DNA of 64,000 nt, taken from positions 33,583 through 97,582 of the forward strand of contig NTJP01000002.1 in the NCBI GenBank assembly GCA_002457145.1, given 5' to 3'. Both the position numbers and the translations under genes were made by a program. Shown here piece after piece: positions 31,508 to 41,198 of the stretch. The notes beneath the pieces were generated by a model. That model saw only the letters and a list, made by a program, of their open reading frames with translations, was not told the DNA's origin and made no database searches. This stretch comes from Marine Group II euryarchaeote MED-G38. Lineage in GTDB: Archaea; Thermoplasmatota; Poseidoniia; Poseidoniales; Thalassarchaeaceae. The first letter of the stretch is position 1; every line of letters begins with the position of its first letter.

Positions 31508-32512
31508 TCATTTCCTTTTGGGTGGTTTAGGAAATTTATTTATAATATTCTTAATATCCTCATTAATTTTAGATATTTCTACATCATTCCACCTTTCACC
31601 ACCAAAGTGATCAACTCTAACTGCTATACTAGCCTTACCGGCAATAAATCTGGCTATCTTACCTCTTACCCATTTTGGTGATTTTCCTACCTGTGGTAAT
31701 GAAAATAGTACAGATCCATGCTTAGGAGGTGATGCACCATTTCTATGAGCGGCCATTGCAGCATGGGCTCCGAGTACCTGTAATGATCCTGATGGCATTC
31801 TTGCTAATCGCCCCCTACTGCCTGCTAATACCAATAGTTTAGATGCACCCAAAGGACCTATAAGAGCAGAAAGAGAAGGCATGTATTCTAATGCCATAAT
31901 TCTAATTGAATCTTCTTGTTCTTTCAGCCTTTTTGTCAATATAGATACAGATTCACAATGTCTTTTAAGGGCATTCCATTCAATTTCCGAAGGCTCAAAT
32001 AATGGCTTAATAGTTCCTAACTTATCCGCTACAGAAGTGATAGATTCTGATTCAATAATTGATTCAATAATTTCCTTTCTTCTCGTATCTAAGTTTATTT
32101 CTGTTAAAAAAAGTCCCGCCCATTCAATACATCTGGACTCACTTGTTGTCCAATTAGATCTTATCTCATTTGCAGATGATACTAACATATCTAATCTCTT
32201 ATCCATATCTTCAGAAGATTCAGCAACTTTCAACCTTGCAATTGCTATTACTGCTTCATCAAAGAGTATTTTTTCATCATTATTATATTTAGGCCAATCA
32301 TAATCTTCCAAATGTCCTTCTGGATTAATCTCAACATCTCCAAATCTTTCATACAAAATCCTTGCTTCTGGACTCATCCTGCCTTTTTGTAATGCAATTA
32401 GTCTTCTTACTAAAGTCTGAACAGTCACATTGGAAGTCCAATATATTTCATCAATAACTAAGTCATCATCATCTATTAGTCGTGCCAATCTCCAGTCGTA
32501 GTTGATTCGCAT
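31508..32512 (-). CDS. nop5: Nop5/Nop56/58 C/D sRNP protein; probable start 32512
   Basis: PSLSALIG..GASKL..AG, LARMPSGSLQVLGA, PPKHG and RGKIAR; adjacent to fibrillarin. Confidence 0.9.
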   Translation of the reverse strand: MRINYDWRLARLIDDDDLVIDEIYWTSNVTVQTLVRRLIALQKGRMSPEARILYERFGDVEINPEGHLEDYDWPKYNNDEKILFDEAVIAIARLKVAESSEDMDKRLDMLVSSANEIRSNWTTSESRCIEWAGLFLTEINLDTRRKEIIESIIESESITSVADKLGTIKPLFEPSEIEWNALKRHCESVSILTKRLKEQEDSIRIMALEYMPSLSALIGPLGASKLLVLAGSRGRLARMPSGSLQVLGAHAAMAAHRNGASPPKHGSVLFSLPQVGKSPKWVRGKIARFIAGKASIAVRVDHFGGERWNDVEISKINEDIKNIINKFPKPPKRK

Positions 32513-32600
32513 ACTCCTCCGAGGAGTTATAGCGCTTGAACGGTACGGAAGCATGTATATGGATGGAAGTAATGAATAAGGTATCCTTATTAGACCAATC

Positions 32601-32975
32601 ATGGATATCAGGCTAATTGTGATTGTAGGAATTGGAGGCGCATCAGGAGCAATACTAAGATATATCGCACCCACATTTCTTCCAAATCAATATGGAATCT
32701 CAGATACAATGATTATCAATTTACTAGGTTCTTTATTTATAGGCTTATTATTTGGTGCAATTTCTAATGGTTTAGAAATTACTGAGGAAACAATAATTTT
32801 GATTGGAACAGGTTTTTTGGGAGCATTTACGACTATGTCCACATTTGCAATTGAAACAGTAGATTTAATTCAAGAAAATACATTTAGCGCCATATTATAT
32901 GTTTTCATTACTATTTTTGGGAGTATTTTTCTTGCATGGGTTGGTTATTTTATGGCAACTAGTTTCATCTCATGA
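32601..32975 (+). CDS. crcB: Fluoride channel CrcB/Fluc
   Basis: GGASGAILRY, INLLGS and GFLGAFTTMSTF..E. Confidence 0.93.
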   Translation: MDIRLIVIVGIGGASGAILRYIAPTFLPNQYGISDTMIINLLGSLFIGLLFGAISNGLEITEETIILIGTGFLGAFTTMSTFAIETVDLIQENTFSAILYVFITIFGSIFLAWVGYFMATSFIS

Positions 32976-33065
32976 CTATCAAAATAGCACTTTTAATAGA
33001 ATCATTGAATAATAATCCCATAGACGGCAATATGGTTCTAGTAATCTAAAGGAGTTGAGATTCAG

Positions 33066-33452
33066 ATGTTTTGTCCAATATGCGGTTCACTTTCATTTCC
33101 CGATTCAAAAAATAATATCAAGTGCCCGGATTATAAATGCGGTTATGAAGGGCCGTTAGCAGGTCCAGATGGAAAAGGAGGAAAATTCATTGATCCTATG
33201 TCTGGGGAAGAAATAGATCTTACAAATGCAACTGCAAAGAATGCAACCAAATCACTGAAACATTTGACCGAGGTAGTCGAAGAAGAAGTAGCACGAGGGA
33301 CCTTGAGAGTTGGCGATTATATTTGCCCTAATCCAAAGTGTCAAAAAAATAGAGTATATGTATGGATGCAACAAACCAGATCCTCGGATGAACCAGAAAC
33401 TAAAATGTGTACATGCGAAAGCTGCGGTAAAAGATGGCGCGAATATCAATGA
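33066..33452 (+). CDS. tfs: Transcription elongation factor TFS
   Basis: Two Zn ribbons and the QTRSSDEP acidic hairpin. Confidence 0.92.
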   Translation: MFCPICGSLSFPDSKNNIKCPDYKCGYEGPLAGPDGKGGKFIDPMSGEEIDLTNATAKNATKSLKHLTEVVEEEVARGTLRVGDYICPNPKCQKNRVYVWMQQTRSSDEPETKMCTCESCGKRWREYQ

Positions 33453-33517
33453 TTTTTCTAGCAAAATATTACGAACCATCAATAACCTCCTACTACGACG
33501 TCATGAAGTAAGGTGCG

Positions 33518-34270
33518 ATGATGCTAAGAGTAACTGCTAAACAACAATTGATGCGAGAAATTGTAGAACTTCTTTCAGTTCTAACCGAAGAGGCAAAATT
33601 GGTATGGAGTGAAAAGGGCTTGCATGTTACCGTTGTTGATGGCTCACATGTCGCGCTACTTTCTGCTACAATTGCCGATGAATGTTTTGAAACATATGAA
33701 GTTGAGAAGGTAGAAATAGGTTTAGAATTAGGAAAAATGCGTGATTTATTGACTTTAGCAGGACCAAATGATTTAGTAGAATTAGATTATGACGATTCGT
33801 TTGGAGCAATCAATGTCAGAGTAGGAGAAGTTCATAGAATATTAAGAGGCGTAGATCCAGCAACCATGAACAATCCGAATATACCTAACCTAGAATTCAA
33901 TCATAAAGCAACTGTTGGTTCAGATAGACTTTCCCGTTCTTTAAGAGCTGCTAAGTTTGTCGGCGAAATAGTAGATCTAAGTCTAGATCAGACACACATG
34001 ACTGTTTCAATCACTGTTGAAGCAGGTGAAGGTGTTAATGTCAAATTTGAATCTGGAGAATTAACTGAATTAGTCTGCCCTTCACCGACTCAATCATCAT
34101 ATTCTTTACAGTTTTTAGATCCTCTTACGAGGAAATTAGCAGGAGGACTGACCGAGAACATAACTCTTGAATTTCAAGAAAAATATCCTCTCCGATTGAC
34201 TTGGAACAGCAATCAAGGAGGCGCTAGGTGGACCTATTTCTTGGCCCCTCGAGTGACTAATGACCCGTGA
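33518..34270 (+). CDS. pcn: DNA sliding clamp PCNA
   Basis: VDGSHVAL, FETYEV, SSYSLQFL, YPL and FLAPR. Confidence 0.9.
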   Translation: MMLRVTAKQQLMREIVELLSVLTEEAKLVWSEKGLHVTVVDGSHVALLSATIADECFETYEVEKVEIGLELGKMRDLLTLAGPNDLVELDYDDSFGAINVRVGEVHRILRGVDPATMNNPNIPNLEFNHKATVGSDRLSRSLRAAKFVGEIVDLSLDQTHMTVSITVEAGEGVNVKFESGELTELVCPSPTQSSYSLQFLDPLTRKLAGGLTENITLEFQEKYPLRLTWNSNQGGARWTYFLAPRVTNDP

Positions 34271-34302
34271 ACTCTTGAATGATTACTCTGTGGCCGTAAC
34301 AG

Positions 34303-35385
34303 ATGGATTACACCACCTGCGTAATTATTCCTAGTGTAGGAAATTCTATTGAGCTAGGATTCGCATTAGATAGCCTTCTTGCTCAAGAAAAACCACTGGA
34401 TGAGATAATTGTTGTTGGCCCTACTAATGATTTAGCCCGTCAGGTAGCGCAAGAAAGAAAAATTCGCTATATTGATGATCAAGGAGCGAAGACTCGTGCT
34501 GATGCATGTAATGTTGCCATTAGAGAATCAGATTCCGACATTATCCTATTTACAGATGATGATGTTATCGCCCCTGCCGATTGGTCAAAATTGATTTTGA
34601 GATGGTTTTCTAGGGATGATGTTGCAGGAGTCGGAGGGCCTAATTACGCTCCAGTAAATGAATCTTCATTATGGCAAAAAGTTATTGATGTAACATTTTG
34701 TAGTACTGTTTTTACATCTGGGACAAATTATGGTAGGTCAGGCATTGAAGAATTGGAGGAGGTCGAACAATTGCCAGGAGTAAATAGCGCATATAGACGT
34801 TCTAAAATTGAAGAAATAGGGGGTTTTGATGAAGGATCAATAGGGGCCGAAGATGTCATCCTAGATTATAGAATAAGAAAAAATGGTAATAAACTATGGT
34901 CTGATAAATCAGCAATAATGTGGCACCGAAGGAGAAATATAACAAAAGTAAAGAAACAGATTAGAAATTATGGGCTTGTAAGAGCATTAGCAAGTTATCA
35001 ATACCCCGAACTTCGTAAACCTTCCCATACTGCTGTGGCATTTTTTCCTTTACTTGTCTTTTCATGCTTATTATTTTCTATTTGGGGTATTCTCAATGGA
35101 GGAGTAGCTTGGCCAGAATTTTGGGACATCCGCCTCTCAACAGTTCCAATGGGCCTCCCTAGAGTTGGTGTACATTTATTTATTACATTAATTATTTTGT
35201 ACAATCTCATCTCTTGGTTTGGTTCTTGGAAGGGAAAATCTCCTAGTAAATCACTGATAACAATATTCCTGTCTCCCATTGTAACCTTTATTCTTCATTG
35301 GAATTATGGCATTGGAATATTGACAGGTTGGTTAAGGATTTCAAGAGGAAATACAGGGTTACAGGTTGATGACAAAACACGTTAA
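34303..35385 (+). CDS. Family 2 glycosyltransferase with C-terminal TM helices
   Basis: FTDDD (DxD), GVGGP, IGGFDE and AED. Confidence 0.9.
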   Translation: MDYTTCVIIPSVGNSIELGFALDSLLAQEKPLDEIIVVGPTNDLARQVAQERKIRYIDDQGAKTRADACNVAIRESDSDIILFTDDDVIAPADWSKLILRWFSRDDVAGVGGPNYAPVNESSLWQKVIDVTFCSTVFTSGTNYGRSGIEELEEVEQLPGVNSAYRRSKIEEIGGFDEGSIGAEDVILDYRIRKNGNKLWSDKSAIMWHRRRNITKVKKQIRNYGLVRALASYQYPELRKPSHTAVAFFPLLVFSCLLFSIWGILNGGVAWPEFWDIRLSTVPMGLPRVGVHLFITLIILYNLISWFGSWKGKSPSKSLITIFLSPIVTFILHWNYGIGILTGWLRISRGNTGLQVDDKTR

Positions 35386-35390
35386 TTATT

Positions 35391-36083
35391 CTATTTCGTA
35401 TTCAATACGTCCTCAATCATCCATGTTTTAGTAGGTGGTCGCCAAAAAATTATAGTTGAAAAACCAAAAAACAAACCGCCAAATAATAGATTTAACCATC
35501 CTTCATAAATATAATTAGAACTAGCATTAAAATAAGCCCAAATAAACGAAGGTATTATTCCTACCAAAATACAAATTAATATCTCTTCAGTAAAAATTTG
35601 TGTTTTATTCGATGATGATGGTAAAATGTTAATTTGTTGTTTAGTACTAATTTTTTTCTTATTCCTAACCAGCCTGTGATATTCTACTTCATCATTTTCT
35701 TTTTCAATTTGAATAATATTATTCTTTCCTGATTTCCATTCACAACCAAGTCTAAAAATCCAGTCGTCGGATATAAATGGACTTCCATCACATATTTTTC
35801 CCCAATAAGAATTATTAATCCTATCAGAAAATTCTTCAATTTCATTGTTTCCAAAGATTTTATTTTGATTTAACGCCAAGAACCATTCAGATTCCGAAGC
35901 AATTTCACAACCTTCCAAAAGTAATTTTTCACAAATTTCCTTTTTTAATGGATATTTACATATTTCAAATTGGTAATCTATCTTGACTTCATGCCGGGGT
36001 CCAATGCCTCCGAAAAGAATCGTTCTATTATTCGTTCCTAGTAATATTCTACCGGGATTTATTATTTCCCATTCAACATTCAA
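35391..36083 (-). CDS. Hypothetical protein with a truncated FGE-sulfatase-like N-terminus and two C-terminal TM helices
   Basis: INPGRILLG...GPRHEVKI..FEICKYP and SESEWFLA (cf. PTEAEWE); TTG start. Confidence 0.5.
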   Translation of the reverse strand: MNVEWEIINPGRILLGTNNRTILFGGIGPRHEVKIDYQFEICKYPLKKEICEKLLLEGCEIASESEWFLALNQNKIFGNNEIEEFSDRINNSYWGKICDGSPFISDDWIFRLGCEWKSGKNNIIQIEKENDEVEYHRLVRNKKKISTKQQINILPSSSNKTQIFTEEILICILVGIIPSFIWAYFNASSNYIYEGWLNLLFGGLFFGFSTIIFWRPPTKTWMIEDVLNTK

Positions 36084-36094
36084 TCATATCCCTC

Positions 36095-37984
36095 CTAGGA
36101 ATCAATTTCTCCAGTTTGGATTAGCCATTGCGAAGCATAAACATTGTTATTTTCTATTAATTGATCATGTTCTCCGCGTTCTACGATGGCCCCGTCCACT
36201 AATGCAATTATTTCATCTGAGTTTCTTATTGTTGCCAGTCTATGAGCAACTGCAATGGTAATTCTTTTCTTGTCCGTATTGGGACCTCCAAATAGTGACT
36301 GTTGAATTCTTTTTTCAGTTTCAGCATCCAAAGCAGCACTTGCTTCATCAAGAATTAGTAAATCTGGATTATTAAGTAGGGCACGAGCAAGACTAATGCG
36401 TGCTCTTTGACCTCCTGACAACATCACCCCACGATCTCCTACCATTGTATCAATTCCATCTGGAAGTTTGGATATGAAATCCCATGCTCCTGCGGTTTCT
36501 AATGCAGATTTTATTTCATCATCATTCGCATCTCTTGCATACGATATATTTTCACGTAATGTGCCAAAGAAAAGGAATGGTTCTTGTGAGACAAATCCTA
36601 TTCTTTCTCTAATTGATTTAATTGAATAATCATTAATATTTATTCCATTGATGAGAATTTCACCGCTTTGGGGCTCATAAAATCTTTCTATTAGTTTCAA
36701 TATAGTACTTTTTCCTGCACCCGTATGCCCCATAACTCCAATAAAGTCACCAGAATTCGCTTTAAATGAAATTCCATTTAATACATTTGCTTCTGAAGTA
36801 GGGTATGAAAAAGATACATTCTCGAAGGAAATTGATGTTATCGAACCATCTAATTTTTTAGCTTCTTTTTTGTCATAAATTGAAGGTTCTAAATCAACGA
36901 TTGCAAATACTCTTTTTGATGCAGCTTCTCCTTTTTGTAATTGATTTAATAATAATCCAAGTATGAACATAGGCATTGTCATTCTAGTTGAGATTAAAAG
37001 AAAAGTAACAAACTGCCCTACTGTTATTTCTCCGGAAGCCATCACCCAACCTCCGGCTGAAACAAGTAAACCAAAAGATAAACCAGCAACTACGTATATT
37101 CCGGGTATAAATCTATTTCTTACAAATGCTGCATCTATGGACTGGTCACGATAATCGCCACTTTGCCTGCCTATTCTTGAACTTTCAAAATTAGTTGCGT
37201 TGTAGGCTTGAACAACTGTAATTCCAGATAATACATTTTCCAATATCGCCACAATTCCTCCGGTACTTTCTCTAGTTTTCCTATATTTTCGCTGAACTCT
37301 TGTTGAAAACCAAATTACCATGGGGACTATCAAGGTCAAGGGTGCAAATAAAATCAGGGCTAATGTTGGGGACATCCAAAACATTATCCCAAAAGCCGTT
37401 GCAAAAGTCATTATTAATCTGATAATACTTGTGCTCGCATCTGATATTATATCTTCTAATTGTGCAACATCTGCGGAAAGAACTGACATCAAATTACCAG
37501 TTTGTCTTGTTTCAAAATAAGAAGCTTCCATATTCATAAGTGAATTTGTTGCATCCATTCTTATGTCATGTTGTGCCATATATGCAGTTGACTGCCACAA
37601 TTGATTACTGAGGCCCTGAAAAAGTGCCAAAAATGTAAAACAAATAACAATTACAAATCCAAATCCAAACTCTATTGAGGACATTGGTCCAAACCCAGGA
37701 AAAATTTCTGAAGAAACGAATTCTTTGATAATATTATTTGTAAATGTACCATCTCTATAATAGTCAGCGGCCATCCCTATCGCTATAAATGGTATTAAAT
37801 CAAAAGCTCTAGCTATTCCATTAGTAAAAATTCCTCCAAAAACCCTTTTCCAATATTTTCCAAGATATGGAACGATTCTCCATATTTTACGACCTACTAC
37901 TTGTTTTTTATCATCGGAATCAGTCTGATCTTTACTTATTTCACTCCCGCTGAATCGAAAGTCGTCACCATCGTCGTCTGACAT
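36095..37984 (-). CDS. ABC exporter, fused permease and ATPase
   Basis: Walker A GHTGAGKST, LSGGQ, ILDEA, AHRL and an N-terminal TM domain. Confidence 0.96.
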   Translation of the reverse strand: MSDDDGDDFRFSGSEISKDQTDSDDKKQVVGRKIWRIVPYLGKYWKRVFGGIFTNGIARAFDLIPFIAIGMAADYYRDGTFTNNIIKEFVSSEIFPGFGPMSSIEFGFGFVIVICFTFLALFQGLSNQLWQSTAYMAQHDIRMDATNSLMNMEASYFETRQTGNLMSVLSADVAQLEDIISDASTSIIRLIMTFATAFGIMFWMSPTLALILFAPLTLIVPMVIWFSTRVQRKYRKTRESTGGIVAILENVLSGITVVQAYNATNFESSRIGRQSGDYRDQSIDAAFVRNRFIPGIYVVAGLSFGLLVSAGGWVMASGEITVGQFVTFLLISTRMTMPMFILGLLLNQLQKGEAASKRVFAIVDLEPSIYDKKEAKKLDGSITSISFENVSFSYPTSEANVLNGISFKANSGDFIGVMGHTGAGKSTILKLIERFYEPQSGEILINGININDYSIKSIRERIGFVSQEPFLFFGTLRENISYARDANDDEIKSALETAGAWDFISKLPDGIDTMVGDRGVMLSGGQRARISLARALLNNPDLLILDEASAALDAETEKRIQQSLFGGPNTDKKRITIAVAHRLATIRNSDEIIALVDGAIVERGEHDQLIENNNVYASQWLIQTGEIDS

Positions 37985-38038
37985 AACCTATCGGAGGGAC
38001 AAGGGTGTTTCAATATGGTAGTAAATATGAACTCAAAT

Positions 38039-38113
38039 TGGTGCGCCCGCTGGGATTTGAACCCAGGACATGAGGTTGGAAACCTCAGGTGATAACCCCT
38101 TCACCACAGGCGC
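38039..38113 (-). tRNA. tRNA-Gly (TCC), CCA encoded, no intron
   Basis: Minus strand reads GCGCCTG...TGAGG-TTTCCAA-CCTCA...GGTTCAAATCC...CGGGCGC-ACCA. Confidence 0.97.
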
Positions 38114-38192
38114 GTAATTATTGCGGAGACATGACCTTTCAAAACTAATTCGGTCACATTTATTCAAATGCTAGATACATCTCGCAACTATT

Positions 38193-38405
38193 ATGATGAT
38201 TAGACAAAGGTTTGGAATTTTATTGATGATTATATTCCTCCCCATTAATGGTCCCTTACTTAGGATGTCTTTAAACGCGTTTAATTTATCACTTCCTTTT
38301 GGAGAATTTTCGTTTTTCACCCTTTGTATAATTATGTTTATGGTAGGTGGAATAATGACATTTACTCCAAAATTAAAGTTTGAATCTATGAGTAAATCAC
38401 CTTAG
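38193..38405 (+). CDS. Small membrane protein with two TM helices
   Basis: 70-aa hydrophobic ORF filling the gap, with a TTCAAA box 30 nt upstream. Confidence 0.6.
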   Translation: MMIRQRFGILLMIIFLPINGPLLRMSLNAFNLSLPFGEFSFFTLCIIMFMVGGIMTFTPKLKFESMSKSP

Positions 38406-39264
38406 GCCATCTCGAATGAATATTCTCCATTAATTCTATTATTTGATTATCTGAATAATCTAATTCCCACATTTTTTTACATAAATGTTGTGTTCTTTTA
38501 GGGACGGTTTTGGGTCCAAGAACAGCGCCTGGTCTTTTCACATCATCTAAGAAATCTGTTTCCATCCCCCAAATCGATTCCGACTCTTTCATTGTGTCAA
38601 TTATTCTCTCTATACTCCCTTTTCCAACACTAATTGTTGAACTTATTCCACATGTAAATTCTGAATTCAAATCTGGAGGAGCGAAATGTCTAATCGTTTT
38701 TTCTTTGGGCATCCCTGTCATTTCACATAATTTTGATATATCCGCATAAGTTTCTTTACCATTATCTTCAACATGTAATTGTATACTGACTTTTTCTTTT
38801 GCTGTAATTTTCATAATCTCCAGTAATAATTGATTTGCATTTTCCCAAGTTTTCTTGTTTACTTGATAATGAGGCCTACCAACTTCTCCAAGACAAACTG
38901 CATGCCCATCGGAAATGAATTCTAATGCCAACTCAACTGCCTCTAAATGTAATTTTGTAGAATTTACATCTCCTAATGTTTTTATTTGTTTTTCCCAAGA
39001 TACAGGATGAGGCCCTAATATTACTGAAACATCAATATCAAAGCTATTTCTTATCTCATTCGCCATTTCTACAGTATCTTGGTACAAAATTCGATATTCG
39101 CTAATTTTTCTTGGAAGATTATTAAAATCAGGTTTATGGACTAAATTTATCGCAGTTCCTCCTACTTTAACAAATTCTTCTATAGCTTTCAGGTATAAGT
39201 TTCTTCTGTCTAAATGGATATGCTGATCCATTATAGGGCCATACCAAAATCCATCTTCTAACAT
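38386..39264 (-). CDS. TatD-family amidohydrolase (archaeal type)
   Basis: DQHIHLD, GPHP, GEVGRPHY, QLHVE and ETDFLDD..RPGAVLGP. Confidence 0.92.
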   Translation of the reverse strand: MLEDGFWYGPIMDQHIHLDRRNLYLKAIEEFVKVGGTAINLVHKPDFNNLPRKISEYRILYQDTVEMANEIRNSFDIDVSVILGPHPVSWEKQIKTLGDVNSTKLHLEAVELALEFISDGHAVCLGEVGRPHYQVNKKTWENANQLLLEIMKITAKEKVSIQLHVEDNGKETYADISKLCEMTGMPKEKTIRHFAPPDLNSEFTCGISSTISVGKGSIERIIDTMKESESIWGMETDFLDDVKRPGAVLGPKTVPKRTQHLCKKMWELDYSDNQIIELMENIHSRWPKVIYS

Positions 39265-39269
39265 TTTTC

Positions 39270-39809
39270 TCAGGCCAGTGCTCCTTCTTCTTCAAGCAAA
39301 TTTTTCCAATAACTGATGGCCATATCAATCACTCTCTTTGATTTTTGCCCTAAAACTATTCCTTTACCATTATTGAATAAAATTATTCTACACTCATGTC
39401 TTTTAGCATCTATTCTTATTGCACCAATCCTTTCGTCTAAAGTTACGTCGTTAAATCTTTCATTTGCCAAATCAAGTAAAACTGCTTTACCCAATGAAAA
39501 CTCTCCTAATATTTCTCCAGTCTCTGATTTAAGTCCCTCATCAGACATTCCAATACTGAGGAGAAATTTCTGTGTAACTAATTTAGCAACTGCCTGTCTT
39601 GAGATGTTGTGTACAATAATGGAACCTAACTTATCTATAATTATAGTTGATTTTGGGTCTTCATTAGAAATTAATGAATATTCTCCTTCTTTCATCCCTC
39701 CTGGTAAATTCAAGACATCTTCGTGCATAACAGGTTTAGAAGGAGTGAATTTAAATGTTTGAGTTTTAATTTTCAAAAAATTTGGTTCGGAATTCATATT
39801 CTCACTCAA
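39270..39809 (-). CDS. Highly divergent TATA-binding-protein-like protein
   Basis: 179 aa with a two-repeat layout; EDPKSTIII..LGSIIV and IILFNNGKGIVLGQKS match TBP PKxxxLIFxSGKxVxxGAKS. Confidence 0.7.
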   Translation of the reverse strand: MSENMNSEPNFLKIKTQTFKFTPSKPVMHEDVLNLPGGMKEGEYSLISNEDPKSTIIIDKLGSIIVHNISRQAVAKLVTQKFLLSIGMSDEGLKSETGEILGEFSLGKAVLLDLANERFNDVTLDERIGAIRIDAKRHECRIILFNNGKGIVLGQKSKRVIDMAISYWKNLLEEEGALA

Positions 39810-40590
39810 TTTCCATTATTTCTATCTTACTACAGTTAATTATCGCGTCATAAAGTTGTTCAAGGTATGCTTGGTGGACTGGTACCAATAATATAACGTC
39901 CGAACTACCGCTTTCATCAAGTCTTCTATTTCTTAAATCGTTTAATGCACCTTTTATCCGGGCCGCATAACGTTCATCACGCTCTTTGATTAGATCTTCA
40001 GTCAGTACTCTTTGTTCCTCAATCCACCAAGATGCACACGAGGCGGCTGCAGCTCCTATCTCGGAGTTTATTTTCTCAGATACTTCAACCATTTTTGAAG
40101 CTCTTAATCGATTTTTAGAATATCTTTTACTCTTATTAAGGACTTTAAGTAGATTGATTATTTTGACCTGATTATCTGCACATTTAGAATACCATTCTTC
40201 CCACTTCATATCAGTAATTTCAGGTATTATTGTATAAACAGGTTTTTTTCCTGAGTTTTCAGCATGTCTGAGTAATCTAATTGGTTCTGGATCCGGTATG
40301 CTTGGGCCATTAACTTCTAAGGTTTGTATATCTCTTAGCAAGAGCCCCATTGTTCCTCCTGATGCTAATACTGCTTGTACATTTATTCCTGGACTTTTAA
40401 CTTCATCTTTTTCCTCTTCCTTAAGTATTGCAATATCATCTCTAGAATATAAAAGCGCTAAACCATCCCATTTTCTTATTCTAAGATTATTTGGCATAAG
40501 GATACATGGAAGATGAGGCCAAATAACTATTTTTCCTCCATTCGGATCCTCATAAGTGAGACACTCCCATTTTAATCTTGGTACCTCCAT
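39802..40590 (-). CDS. Hypothetical protein, distant TraB/GumN-like
   Basis: ERDERYAARI...LLVPVHQAYL resembles TraB ERDxxMA...VVGAGH. Confidence 0.45.
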   Translation of the reverse strand: MEVPRLKWECLTYEDPNGGKIVIWPHLPCILMPNNLRIRKWDGLALLYSRDDIAILKEEEKDEVKSPGINVQAVLASGGTMGLLLRDIQTLEVNGPSIPDPEPIRLLRHAENSGKKPVYTIIPEITDMKWEEWYSKCADNQVKIINLLKVLNKSKRYSKNRLRASKMVEVSEKINSEIGAAAASCASWWIEEQRVLTEDLIKERDERYAARIKGALNDLRNRRLDESGSSDVILLVPVHQAYLEQLYDAIINCSKIEIMEIE

Positions 40591-40701
40591 GGAGCTGCGA
40601 GGCGCTATCCCGAATCAATCATACCCCTGAAAACCATCAGATTTAATTAAATTTGATGTAGCATTCAAGGATGATGACGTATCATGGGGGTTCGATAGAC
40701 C

Positions 40702-41151
40702 ATGAATCACCCTCACTCTTTGGAGCCCGTCGTACTTTTGAATGAAGTTTTCCCTGGACATACTAATGCATTAAATACACTATTTGGAGGGCATCTGATG
40801 AGCATAATGGATACTAGCGCAGGAATGGTTGCTTCAAAGTTTGCCCATCGTGAATTTGTAACTATTTCTGTTGATGCACTCAAATTCCGTAAACCTGCTT
40901 TCCAAGGAGATATTATCAGAACAACTGCAAAAGTTGTTTGGACATCGCCTAGGACAGCAGGAATACATGTCACTTCTTGTAGAATGTCCAGATCAGAATG
41001 GCAAGGGGAGGAAATATGTTCAGGCTTTTTCTTCATGGTTGCTATTGATGAATCTATGAATGCAATAGAGATACCTCAATTTGAGCCTAATACGGATGAG
41101 GAAAAAGAATTATGGAATCAAGCTAAATCTGCTAGAGAAGCGATGAAATAA
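40702..41151 (+). CDS. Acyl-CoA thioesterase (hotdog fold, YciA-like)
   Basis: VFPGHTNALNTLFGG..MD, VTISVD and FFMVAIDE. Confidence 0.93.
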   Translation: MNHPHSLEPVVLLNEVFPGHTNALNTLFGGHLMSIMDTSAGMVASKFAHREFVTISVDALKFRKPAFQGDIIRTTAKVVWTSPRTAGIHVTSCRMSRSEWQGEEICSGFFFMVAIDESMNAIEIPQFEPNTDEEKELWNQAKSAREAMK

Positions 41152-41198
41152 GTCATTATGACCATTCACTTGAACAAGTTAAACGTCACCCCGTTCTT

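Noticed and set aside
32513-32600. Fluoride riboswitch upstream of crcB
   Set aside because: No GGnGAUG...CC stem or CURAUGAC motif visible.
31508-32674. Extended N-termini in the ORF track for nop5 (also moaE, atpD, atpH, boxB, cdc6)
   Set aside because: They overlap neighbouring genes or promoter regions; downstream ATGs fit the family N-termini and the SD or box spacing.
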